Shown: one piece after another, positions 10,352-19,737 of the stretch
Position numbering within the stretch: the stretch's first letter is position 1
Layout of the letters: each line of letters opens with the position of its first letter
NCBI RefSeq assembly: GCF_004010195.1
Contig: NC_057719.1
Span: 86,746,311 to 86,766,310, forward strand
Direction: 5' to 3'
Length of the DNA stretch: 20,000 bases
Source: Chiloscyllium plagiosum
Lineage: Eukaryota
Position numbers and translations under genes: made by a program
Notes under the pieces: generated by a model
The model's input: only the letters and a program-made list of their open reading frames with translations
Databases searched by the model: none
Told to the model about the DNA's origin: nothing

Positions 10352-10840
10352 CCAAAAACAGAAATTGCTGGCAAAACTCAGCAGATCTGGCAGCATCGGT
10401 GGGGAGATACTTTCTGCTTGGGGAGGCTATGGCCTAGTGCTATTATCACTGGACCGTCAATCCAGAGATCCAGGTAACATTCTGGGGACCCAGGTTCGAA
10501 TCCTGCCACAGCAGATTGTGGGCATTTGTATTCAATAAGAATCTGGAATTAAGAGTCTCATGATGACCATGAAACCATTGTCGACTGTAGGAAAAATCTA
10601 TCTGGTTTATTAATGTCCTTTAGGGCATGAAACGGCCATCATCACCTAATCTGGATTACGTTTGGACTCCAGAACCACAGCAATTGGTTAACTGCCCTTT
10701 GGGATGGGCAATAAATGCTGGCCCAACCAGCGACACCTTCATCCTATGAATGAATAATAAAAAATGCTTCCAGACCTGCTGAGTTGTACCAGCAATTCCT
10801 GTTTTCATTTCAGATCGCCACCATCTGCAGTTCTTTGTGT
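10352..10840. mobile_element. Fold-back Penelope-type short insertion with 16-17 bp target duplication, containing a SINE
   Basis: Arms aaaacagaaattgctggcaaaactcagcagatctggcagca and tgcttccagacctgctgagttgtaccagcaattcctgtttt are inverted copies. Flanked by aacttgggggagtgaa (10336-10351) and aactttgggggagtgaa (10841-10857). Confidence 0.75.
10420..10764 (+). mobile_element. Near full-length tRNA-derived SINE
   Basis: A box TGGCCTAGTGC (10430-10440), perfect B box GGTTCGAATCC (10493-10503), A-rich tail and TGCTT duplicated at 10415-10419 and 10765-10769. Confidence 0.9.
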
Positions 10841-10890
10841 AACTTTGGGGGAGTGAATGTTTGAAAGAAGCAATATGATCTGAAAAGATA

Positions 10891-12048
10891 TGTTATAAAG
10901 CGGAGGTTGGCCCCCGTCTGAGAACTAAAGACCCAAAGGGGAGCATTTTGCCCAATATTCTGTAAAAAGTGTGCGAGAAAGGTGTAACCAGTCTTTCAGC
11001 AATGTCTAATGGTTAAATAAAGTAAATCCCTGACACTCACTTTAAAATTAACAAGTGACAATTTATTTAACTCCAGCAGTGAAAAAATTAACTAAACTAT
11101 TAACAAACCGAATAAATCCCTTCTAACTACTAACTATTCCCGAATAAAACAGGATTCTAATGGTGTGCTGTTCCAATAAACACAAGTCCCACTCATATAA
11201 CAAAAAAAAACAGAATTCAGTCTCTCGAAATTACACAAGTTACGTGTCTTCCAGAATGTTCTGTGCGTCTTCCAATGGAGGAATGCGTTTTCCGCTGATT
11301 CTTCTATCAGAAATGCCTTCTTCATCATTCTTCTGTCAGAAATTTAAATGGTGTTTTTTCTATAACATAGATGACTGTGAGAACCAATTTCTCTCAAGAG
11401 AGAGAGCTAAGGGCACTTAGCTCTGACAGATGGCAGTTAGCTCTCGGATCTTTGTCCAACTGCCTCCTTCTTTTGTACCCTTGATGATATATCAATATTT
11501 CTTACAATAGGATTGGTCCTATGTTGTTGAAACTATCAGATTTTAATCTAGTAAGTTTCTGGTATCTAAGGGCCTGATTCAAATTGATTGTCTTCATAAA
11601 AACTGCTGCTTGACCTGCTAACTGTACGGCCTTTCTAAAGAAGATAGCTTTTAAAGTGGCATTCTGGTCAGTATGAGAATCAAGTCAGCAAACCCTGTGG
11701 ATAATGATCGTTGGACTGCCTTCCCAGTATTTCACTCTACTCATGACATCCATGTGTATTCCCCCCCCCACCACCTCTGTGTCTATGTTTGTAGGACAGG
11801 TTGAAGTTTTAATGAGGCGCGTTAGACGTCAACAGTTTGTAATTGTTTAACTGCAATTAGAATTTATTGATTTGTAATAAATAATGATTGTTCTTACATA
11901 CAGAAACCTAGTCTGTGCTTTCTGTCAAACTGGGTCTTAAAAACAGGTAAATGGGGGAATTCTGCTTTCTAACAATCTTTAACTTCTGTGACAACTCCAG
12001 GAATAGTGAGGCTCGATTCCTGGTGCACTACTCCAGTGAGGCATGACA
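10891..12048. mobile_element. Possible solo-LTR-like sequence(s)
   Basis: Begins TGTTA, ends ...ATGACA, has AATAAA at 11876-11881 and no coding signal. No convincing TSD; it may be two elements. Confidence 0.3.
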
Positions 12049-12611
12049 AGTTGGAGTCAATCAATTTTGCATGTTTATGGTTCAGCCTCTCACTAAATAG
12101 ACTTGCTGACCCAACATGAGCTGGACTCATAGACAACACCACCAAAAAATGCAACACAAAACCGCATCAGTATGTGAATACACAAATTATATGCAGAGGT
12201 CACAAGAAAGAAAAGTAAACATGAATAAAGGATTAAAGTGCCAGCAGCAACCCTGGCAGTCATTAAGAGTCAAAAATATATACATGTTACTTTATCTGGG
12301 TGTACAACATTCCAGTGGGATTTGACACATGAAGGCAGTAGCCATTCTGAACTTTGTTGAAGTGACACAAGTGTGACTGAGCCTAACTTGCAAATATAAT
12401 TAAGGCGTTGTGCTGTTCCAATAGGTTGAGTTCAGATGTGGACTGGTGTCAAAGGTATAGCGCGAGAGTGGGAATATGGACAAAGCAGATTGTGTGTGTG
12501 TGTAGGTTACAATCAATAGGAACAGAAATAGATTACTCGGCACCTCAAGCACACTTAAAATACAATTAAATCATGGCTAATGTGTTCCTTAACGCCATTT
12601 ATCACCCTTGA

Positions 12612-13111
12612 NNNNNNNNNNNNNNNNNNNNNNNNNNNNNNNNNNNNNNNNNNNNNNNNNNNNNNNNNNNNNNNNNNNNNNNNNNNNNNNNNNNNNNNNN
12701 NNNNNNNNNNNNNNNNNNNNNNNNNNNNNNNNNNNNNNNNNNNNNNNNNNNNNNNNNNNNNNNNNNNNNNNNNNNNNNNNNNNNNNNNNNNNNNNNNNNN
12801 NNNNNNNNNNNNNNNNNNNNNNNNNNNNNNNNNNNNNNNNNNNNNNNNNNNNNNNNNNNNNNNNNNNNNNNNNNNNNNNNNNNNNNNNNNNNNNNNNNNN
12901 NNNNNNNNNNNNNNNNNNNNNNNNNNNNNNNNNNNNNNNNNNNNNNNNNNNNNNNNNNNNNNNNNNNNNNNNNNNNNNNNNNNNNNNNNNNNNNNNNNNN
13001 NNNNNNNNNNNNNNNNNNNNNNNNNNNNNNNNNNNNNNNNNNNNNNNNNNNNNNNNNNNNNNNNNNNNNNNNNNNNNNNNNNNNNNNNNNNNNNNNNNNN
13101 NNNNNNNNNNN
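12612..13111. other. Assembly gap (500 N) within intron 2
   Basis: Run of exactly 500 N. Exons 2 and 3 join in frame, so no constitutive exon needs to lie in the gap. Confidence 0.99.
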
Positions 13112-13327
13112 ACATCACAAACCTCTTTGCTTGTATACATTTATTTGGCAGATGGTATTCTCTGCCTGCTGACAAAATAGAAGAACTTGATAGGTATTTA
13201 CTAGAGATTATGGAACTGTGGTTATATCAACCCCTTCACAGCAGAGGAAATTCAGATTTGGATAAGTTCAAAGAGACAACATTGTATAGCTGTGGATGGA
13301 AGTATGCTGGACATATCTACAAGCGAA

Positions 13328-14140
13328 GGACTGCTATGGTTTAAGAAGGCACCCCAGCACCACCTTATCAAAGGTAATGCTGACAACACCACCTTTATAG
13401 GCCACTATCAAACAATAAGGCAGAAAATAGGAAGGAGATAGAGTGTTTGGTGTCATGGTGCAATGATAAAAATCTCTCTCTCAATATTGCAAAACAAAAA
13501 AAACTGACCATTGCATTTAGGAAGAAATGCGTCCGTAGTTTGATCAATGGAGCTGATGTGGAGAGGGTTGAGAAAGTCAAGTACCTAGGAGTGACGATAA
13601 CCAACAATCTGTTGGACTACCAGTCAAAAAGGCACAACTTGCTTGGTATGGCAACTGCTCTGCCAAGTACAGTAAAAAACTACAGAAAGTTGTGTGCACA
13701 GCCCAAACCATCACAGAAGCCAACCTTTCATTTACAGTCCTTGTTGCCATGGGAAAAAAAAACCCTCCCACCCACCACTCTCTTCCAACTTCTTTCATCA
13801 GACAGAAAATACAGAAGCCTGAACACATGGTCCAACAGGTTCAAGAAAAACTTCTGTTGTTAACAGACTGATGAATGGACCTTTCTAATCTCAAATCTAA
13901 TGCTGATCTTACTTTTGTGCACCTCCTGTGCAGTCGTAACCTTGTATGCTTTGTTCTATCTAAGCACCCTATGATCTGTATGTTTCTATTTATTACAATC
14001 TGCTTGTATTGCATGCAAAACAAAACTTTTCACTGTACTTAAATACATGTGACAACAATAAATCAAATCAAATTAGGCATGGACAACGAGTACTGGCCTA
14101 CCAGTGACAGCCACATTTGTGATCAAATATTTTTAAAAAT
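13328..14140 (+). mobile_element. 3' tail of the 3829-4232 LINE family, split by a Rex1/Babar-like insertion
   Basis: ggactgctatggtttaagaaggc...caccaccttatcaaaggtaa (13328-13377) continues as ttaggcatggacaacgagtactggcctaccagtgacagccacat (14073-14140). Confidence 0.6.
13378..14072 (+). mobile_element. Rex1/Babar-clade LINE, 5'-truncated and internally deleted
   Basis: ADNTTFIG, then ORF 13447..13863 VSWCNDKNLSLNIAKQKKLTIAFRK...INGADVERVEKVKYLGVTITNNL...RFKKNF; 3' end aataaatcaaatcaaa. Confidence 0.82.
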
Positions 14141-14401
14141 TAACACAGAAGTTACTTTTGGACAAGGAAATTAAATGTCAAATTGTAACAGGTCTCTCTG
14201 AACTGGCATCAGGTTCCAATTTTCTTCGGACAATAAAACAACTTTAAACTAGACACAGCACTGCAAACCTTTAAATTTCCTCCACACAAAAAAAACACAA
14301 AAAGATCTGGATTTGCAAATTAAAAGGTTGCCTTTTACCACAAAGAGGCTTTTGCACCTTTTGACAGAACAACAGGTTTGTGAACCAGTTTCACTTTCCA
14401 A

Positions 14402-15909
14402 TAGCCATAATAGTCAGCACAGTTTCATGAAAGGGAAATCATGTCTGAATCATTTATTTGCGTTTCTTGAGGAGGCCTCCCCACTATCCACTCTGGTTGA
14501 ACCAGTTGATGGTTGTAAGTGGACTTCCAGAAGGTGTTCAACAAAATACCTCACAAAAGGTCAAATCATAAGATAACAGCTTATGGCATTGGAGGTAGTA
14601 CATTGGAGTGAATAGAAAATTGATTAATGGGCAGGAAGCAGTGGGTGGAGATAAGGGGTTCTTTTACAGGTTGATAACCGGTTACCAGTGGGTTTTACAC
14701 AAGGATCACTACTGTGACCACAATGTTTACAATATATATTAATGGCTTGGAGGAAGGAAGCAAATGTACTGCAGATTTGCAATGACACAAAAATATGTGG
14801 AAAGCCAAGTTATGAGAGGGCTACAAACAGTTAGGGAGAACTGTTCTTTAGTTTTCCCTAAAAAAACCCCAACAACTTCACAATTTCCCACATTATTCTC
14901 CATTTGCCAATGTTTTGCTGATTATTTAATCTATTAGTATCTCCCCAGTTAATTTTGTTGAGGAGAACAAAACAACATATTACTTAATGGAGAAAAACTG
15001 CAGAAAGCTGCAACATAAAGGAACTTGGGTTACTTGTGCACAAAATCATAGAATATCTACAGTGTGGAAGTAGGCCATTCGGCCCACCAATTCCACTCCA
15101 ACCCTCCGGACAGCATCCCACCCAGACCCACCACCTTTCCTATCCCTGTAACCCTGCATTTCCCATGGCTAATCCACCTAGCCTGCATATCTTTGGACTG
15201 TTGGGAGAGAATGTGCAAACTCCACACAGTCAGTCACCTGAGGAAGAAGCAGCAAATAATCAGGAAGGCTTATTGAATTAAATTTATTTCAAGTGTATTG
15301 GAGTATATAAGGGTAGGGAAGTCTTACTGCAACTGTACAAAAGCGCAGGTGAGACCATCTCTGGAGTATTGTGAGCAGTTTTGGTCCCCTTATTTAAGAA
15401 AAGTTACCATTTCATTGGAGGCAGTTCACAGAAGGTTCACTAGGATGATACCTGGTGTTGAGGGATTGTCTAAATGAGCAAAATCTATACAGATTGGGGC
15501 TCTACTCATTGGAATTTAGAAGAATGAGAGGTGATCTCATTGAAACATAGAGGTTTCTTAAAGGGTTTGACAGGGTAAATGCTGAGAGGATGTTTCACCT
15601 GATGGGAGAGTCTAAAGCCAGACAGCATACTCTCAGAATCAATGGGCAGCCATTTAAGACCAGGTTGAAGAGGACTTTCTTTTCTCAGAGGGTTGAGTGT
15701 CTTTGGAACTCACCACAGTCAGCTGTGATTCCTTGTATGTATTTAAGGCTGAGATAGATGGACAGATTCTTCACCGTTAGGAGAATCAAAGGTTATGGAG
15801 AAAGGGCAGGAAAGTGGAAATAAGGAGTGTCGAATTAGCCATGATCCTATTGAACGGCAGAGCAGCCTCAAGGAGCTGAACAACCTACGCTTGTTCCTAT
15901 TTCTTATGG
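14402..15909 (+). mobile_element. Old CR1-clade LINE ORF2/3' UTR with an internal inverted segment and a nested HE1-type SINE
   Basis: SQHSFMKGKSCL at the start, LEYCEQFWSPYLRK and RRMRGDLIET further on; tail cttgttcctatttcttatg. Confidence 0.88.
15045..15243 (-). mobile_element. HE1-type (V-SINE) element, 5'-truncated and internally deleted
   Basis: Minus strand has tgtgtggagtttgcacattctc (V-domain-like), ggtggattagccatgggaaatgc and a CR1-like tail gggccgaatggcct...ctgtag..attctatgat. Confidence 0.8.
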
Positions 15910-16459
15910 CCAAATGGCATAAATGACAACACTGTGTTGTCTACCTTTGTCTATGCTATACCTCTGTTTCCAAAAACTTTAACTTAAGCGCTTTCCATAT
16001 TGTCCATTGTGTATATCACATACATTGATTACAGTACTCATTAAATCAGACTAATTTTAGCACAATAATTTTGACAACTACCATTTAAATAGAACTGCTT
16101 TCATAAATGACAAACACTATGTTTTACAGCTATCCATACAAATGACAAATTTGAATTTCAGCAACGTGAAGTTAAGTGGTGAGCAATTTAAGACACAATC
16201 ACTTACTTACTTTCTAAGTGATGCAAAGTCACTGTGGTGACAGTCTTAAATTGGATATTGCAAAAAAATGCACAATAGTACATTTTCTCTCTTGATATCT
16301 TATTTGAGGCAGGTTGAGACCAGCTGTAAAAGCCCGAACAGCTATGATTCTGGATATCACACAGTACACATACAAACTTGGATCACACGCAGTTGCATGT
16401 GGGAGATGGAAATGACAAATTGATACAGATGGTAACTTCAGACACGGATTAAAATTAAG

Positions 16460-16880
16460 AGACAATTTCTTGGAATGTAATATGAATTTCCACCATTCTG
16501 GGCAATACCTCTCCTCTTTTGAAAACTCTTAACACAGATCACTGATGTCAATCAAAGCTTTTGCAACTCCAACAAAACTTGATGGGGCACTTGGACAAAG
16601 TCTTAAACACAAATCCATCACCTTGAAATTTAGCTATTTTGTTCAGGCTTTTATAACTTCTCCTAACGTTCTCATGTCATGTTAAAGCCTCAACTCTGCA
16701 GTGGAGCTTTCAATATCCCTGGTATTTGTGATCCGTTGCAAGATATTTCTCTCCTTGCTCATTCTTATACAAACAGAGTCATAAACCAAATTTCCATTAA
16801 ATTTTGTGATCACTTCCACTCTTTTTAAGTAGGATATTATTTTCCTAATCAATTTCTGACATGTTAAAATCATCAGCAAG
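16460..16880 (-). mobile_element. Possible very old LINE endonuclease relic
   Basis: Minus strand reads ADDFNMSEID*EN (compare APE GDFNxxxIDW), later RNIL, LNFK and YIP in the expected order but in mixed frames with many stops. Confidence 0.3.
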
Positions 16881-17776
16881 TACCGTTAATTCCTTACCAA
16901 CCACCTTCCTTATCCCTTCCCAAATTTCTGGATCAGCACTTTTACCCAGCCTGTAATGGTCCAAGTCATATCACAAGGAATAGCTCACCTTTGCTAACAT
17001 CTATGAACACTTGCCTTTCGGTTGTATTTTCCCAACCCCATGAAAGGTGGGATTGGAAACAAGAAAATTGGGCAAAGCCATGTCAGTCAACTCCCTGACA
17101 CATTCCTACCTCTGACATGCTTTTCCAACATTGGTCTGGGACCAGGTTCAGCAATTCTCGACTTACAGATAATTTTGCCCCCACCAAACTTCCCTTTCTC
17201 TCTACCTTCACACCCTGAACCCCCTCCACCATAGCCCGCAGTGTGGAGGCCGCCGGCTGACTGAAATCGCAGGCCAGAATACGATCAAAGCTGGAGACTC
17301 CATACCCTAATGGCCTCTTAAAGATTAAAGGCAGCAACCACATCCATCACAATTCCTATGGAAGGCATGCTCCTGCACTGCAACAGCCTTGCTGTTTTCA
17401 GGTCTCTTCAGCTGACAACTGCTGTGCAGGCAAGTGTGGGCACCTCCATGCTGAGGGACCCTCACACTCACCTGACTGGGCAATGCCCTTCCCTCCTTAC
17501 TGGACTATATCTTATAAGTTGCCTACAAAACATTGCTTGGTGCCCTCATATCTTATTTGTCAGCTATTGTTCATTAATGCAAGCACTTTGATTCTCTGGT
17601 TTCACATTTACACGCTTACCACATACTAGCAATATCAGCATTTTCCCACCCTCCCAACAATAAAGTTAACTTATCAAAGTTTTTTCAACCTATGCAGCTG
17701 GTTTTTAAACAGTATCTTCTGGTCACCAGTCCTCAACAGTTTCAGAGGTATAAATTTGCTCTGCATTGAATTGGAA

Positions 17777-18915
17777 ATAGAGTCATAGAGATGTACAGCA
17801 TGGAAACAGACCCTTCGGTCCAACCCGTCCATGCCAACCAGATATCCCAACACAATTTAGCCCCACCTGCCAGCACCCGACCCATATCCCTCCATATCCC
17901 TTCCTATTCATATACCCATCCAAATGCCTCTTAAATGTTACAATTGCACCAGCCTCCACCACATCCTCTGGCAGCTCATTCCATACATGTACCACCCTCT
18001 GCGTGAAAAAGTTGCCCATCAGGTCTCTTTTATATCTTTCCCCCCTCACCCTAAACCTACGCCCTCTAGTTCTGGACTTCCCGACCCCAGGGAAAAGACT
18101 TTGCCTATTTATCCTATCCATGCCCCTCATGATTTTGTAAACCGCTGTAAGGTCACCCCTCAGCCTCCGACGCCCCAGCCTGTTCGGCCTCTCCCTATAG
18201 CTTAAATCCTCCAACCCTTGCAATACCCTTGTAAATCTTTTCTGAACCCTTTTAAGTTTCACAACATCTTTCCGGCAGGAAGGAGACCAGAATTGCAATA
18301 TTCCAACAGTGGCCTAACCAATGTAATGTACAGCCGCAACATGACACCCCCCCCCCAACTCCTGTACTCAATACTCTGACCAATAAAAGAAACCATACCA
18401 AACACCTTCTTCATGATCTTATCGACCTGCGACTCCACTTTCAAGGAGTTATGAACTTGCACTCCAAGGTCTCTTTGTTCAGCAACACTCCCTTGGACCT
18501 TACCATTAAGTATCCAAGGAGCAGGAGAATCGATGTTTCGGGCATGAGCCCTTCTTCCGAAACGTCGATTCTCCTGCTCCTTGGATGCTGCTGCGCTTTT
18601 CCAGCAACACATTTTCAGCTCTGATCTCCAGCATCTGCAGTCCTCACTTTCTCCTTGCCATTAAGTGTATAAGTCCTGCTGAGATTTGCTTTCCCAAAAT
18701 GCAGCACCTCGCATTTATCTGAATTAAACTCCATCTGCCACTTCTCAGCCCACTGGCCCATCTGGTCAAGATCCTGTTGTAATCTGAGGTAACCTTCTTC
18801 GATGTCCAATACACCTCCAATTTTGGTGTCATGTGCAAACTTACTAACTGTACCTCTAATGCTCACATCCAAATAATTTATGTAACTGACAAAAAGTAGT
18901 GGACCCAGCAACGAT
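17777..18915 (-). mobile_element. Relatively young CR1/HER1-type LINE, 5'-truncated, interrupted at 18512-18652
   Basis: ORFs 18615..18911 (LGPLLFVSYINYLD...SKFAHDTKIGG...WQMEFNSDKCEVLHFG), 18259..18612 and 17783..18298 (RRRLRGDL, VWNELPE); tail ctctatgactctat. Confidence 0.95.
18512..18652. mobile_element. 141-bp fold-back Penelope-type insertion with partial hammerhead and 14-bp target duplication
   Basis: 30-bp inverted arms at 18512-18541 and 18557-18586. TSD ccttaccattaagt (18498-18511) / ccttgccattaagt (18653-18666). Confidence 0.85.
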
Positions 18916-19000
18916 GTGTGCAGTTATGCCCGGCCTAACAACTGTATGCACAATCCCACCAAATTCCAAAGTTCTGGCAGAGAGAGGACCAGGTACTCAC

Positions 19001-19116
19001 ACATCTGGGTACTTGACTGGGCAATTGACATGTAAATCCACAGCAACGTGACTGTCTGCAACATTGATCAATCCCCGAGGGTGCAGCGCAATGCAGATTT
19101 CTGGGGGACGTTTCAC
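19001..19116 (-). CDS. EIF2AK4: EIF2AK4/GCN2 coding exon 2 (VKRPPEICIALHPRGLINVADSHVAVDLHVNCPVKYPD-V)
   Basis: Acceptor ctctgttccag|GTG and donor GT|gtgagt; 116 nt, ends phase 2. Resembles GCN2 VKEPPEINLVLYPQG...VDLRVKCPPTYPDV. Confidence 0.95.
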
Positions 19117-19525
19117 CTGGAACAGAGACCTTAATTCAGAAACACAAGCAACTCCGACGCTCTCTGTCTAATTCCCTCACCCGCACAATCCCTGATCCCC
19201 ACCACCCCATTTCCCACATCCCTCACATTCGCTGGTCACCCCTTCCTGCTGACTCCTCTGCTCATCCCACAGCCTTTCGTGCAAGATATCCCCAGATCCA
19301 CATTCTCCCATCCTCCTGCCATCCTTCCCCTTTTTCAAGTCCCACTCAATGCCCACATCCCCTGCCCCAGTCCTTCCCTGCACTCCCACCCCAAACAATT
19401 TCCTCTCCCCACTTACCACTCTCATCTCAGCCTCCTTTAATTATACTACCCTCACCTTCCCTTTAATATCACACAATTGCTCCATCCTCCTCCCTGGCTA
19501 TTACCACCTTCCCCGTCCCCCTCAC

Positions 19526-19639
19526 CTTCCATGGGTCTTGCTCCCGGAGGTCACTGAAATCCTGGCCATAGATGGAGTTCAGGGCCTGTACCTCGGCCTC
19601 CTGTTGCTCCGAGTGAGATTCCTGCTGGGGGCCGCTCAT
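19526..19639 (-). CDS. EIF2AK4: EIF2AK4/GCN2 coding exon 1 (MSGPQQESHSEQQEAEVQALNSIYGQDFSDLREQDPWK), start of RWD domain
   Basis: ATG in CCCACCATG context and first in-frame ATG after an upstream in-frame TGA (19754-19756). Translation resembles the vertebrate GCN2 N-terminus (ESYxQRQxxELQALEAIYGxDFQDLR). Ends AAG|GTGAGG; 114 nt, phase 0. Confidence 0.93.
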
Positions 19640-19651
19640 GGTGGGACCTAA

Positions 19652-19672
19652 TGCTGCTGCTGCTGCTGCTGC
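19652..19672 (-). repeat. (GCA)7 trinucleotide microsatellite in the 5' leader
   Basis: Plus strand (TGC)7, 12 nt upstream of the ATG and adjacent to CGG repeats. Confidence 0.9.
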
Positions 19673-19737
19673 TACCGCCGCCGACGCGGGGCTCGCGAGA
19701 TGCGGCCGGGCCGCGAGGACACACCGCCGCTCCGCAT
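19672..19737 (-). other. Candidate upstream ORF, 21 aa (MRSGGVSSRPGRISRAPRRRR)
   Basis: ATG at 19737 with G at -3 and TAG at 19672-19674. Out of frame with the GCN2 ATG and stops 32 nt before it. It is a uORF only if the TSS lies upstream of 19737. Confidence 0.4.

Noticed and set aside
10420..10510. tRNA gene
   Set aside because: A and B boxes are followed by a SINE body, LINE-like tail and TSD; no convincing cloverleaf.
12284..12360. Minus-strand VKSHWNVVHPDK followed by gtaac, considered as GCN2 exon 2
   Set aside because: Poor match; the true exon 2 at 19001-19116 has canonical splice sites and the correct phase.
12555..13344. Four long ORFs of 183-254 aa
   Set aside because: Artefacts of translating through the 500-N gap.
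16201..16215. Strong minus-strand donor-like AAA|GTAAGTAAGT as an alternative exon
   Set aside because: No matching acceptor, promoter or GCN2-like frame can be supported from sequence alone.
17020..17345. GC-richer stretch suspected to be a decayed MITE
   Set aside because: I could not define terminal inverted repeats or a target duplication.
17783..18911. RT-like ORFs as an active retrotransposon or host gene
   Set aside because: 5'-truncated, frameshifted and interrupted, and the catalytic FADD motif reads FAHD.
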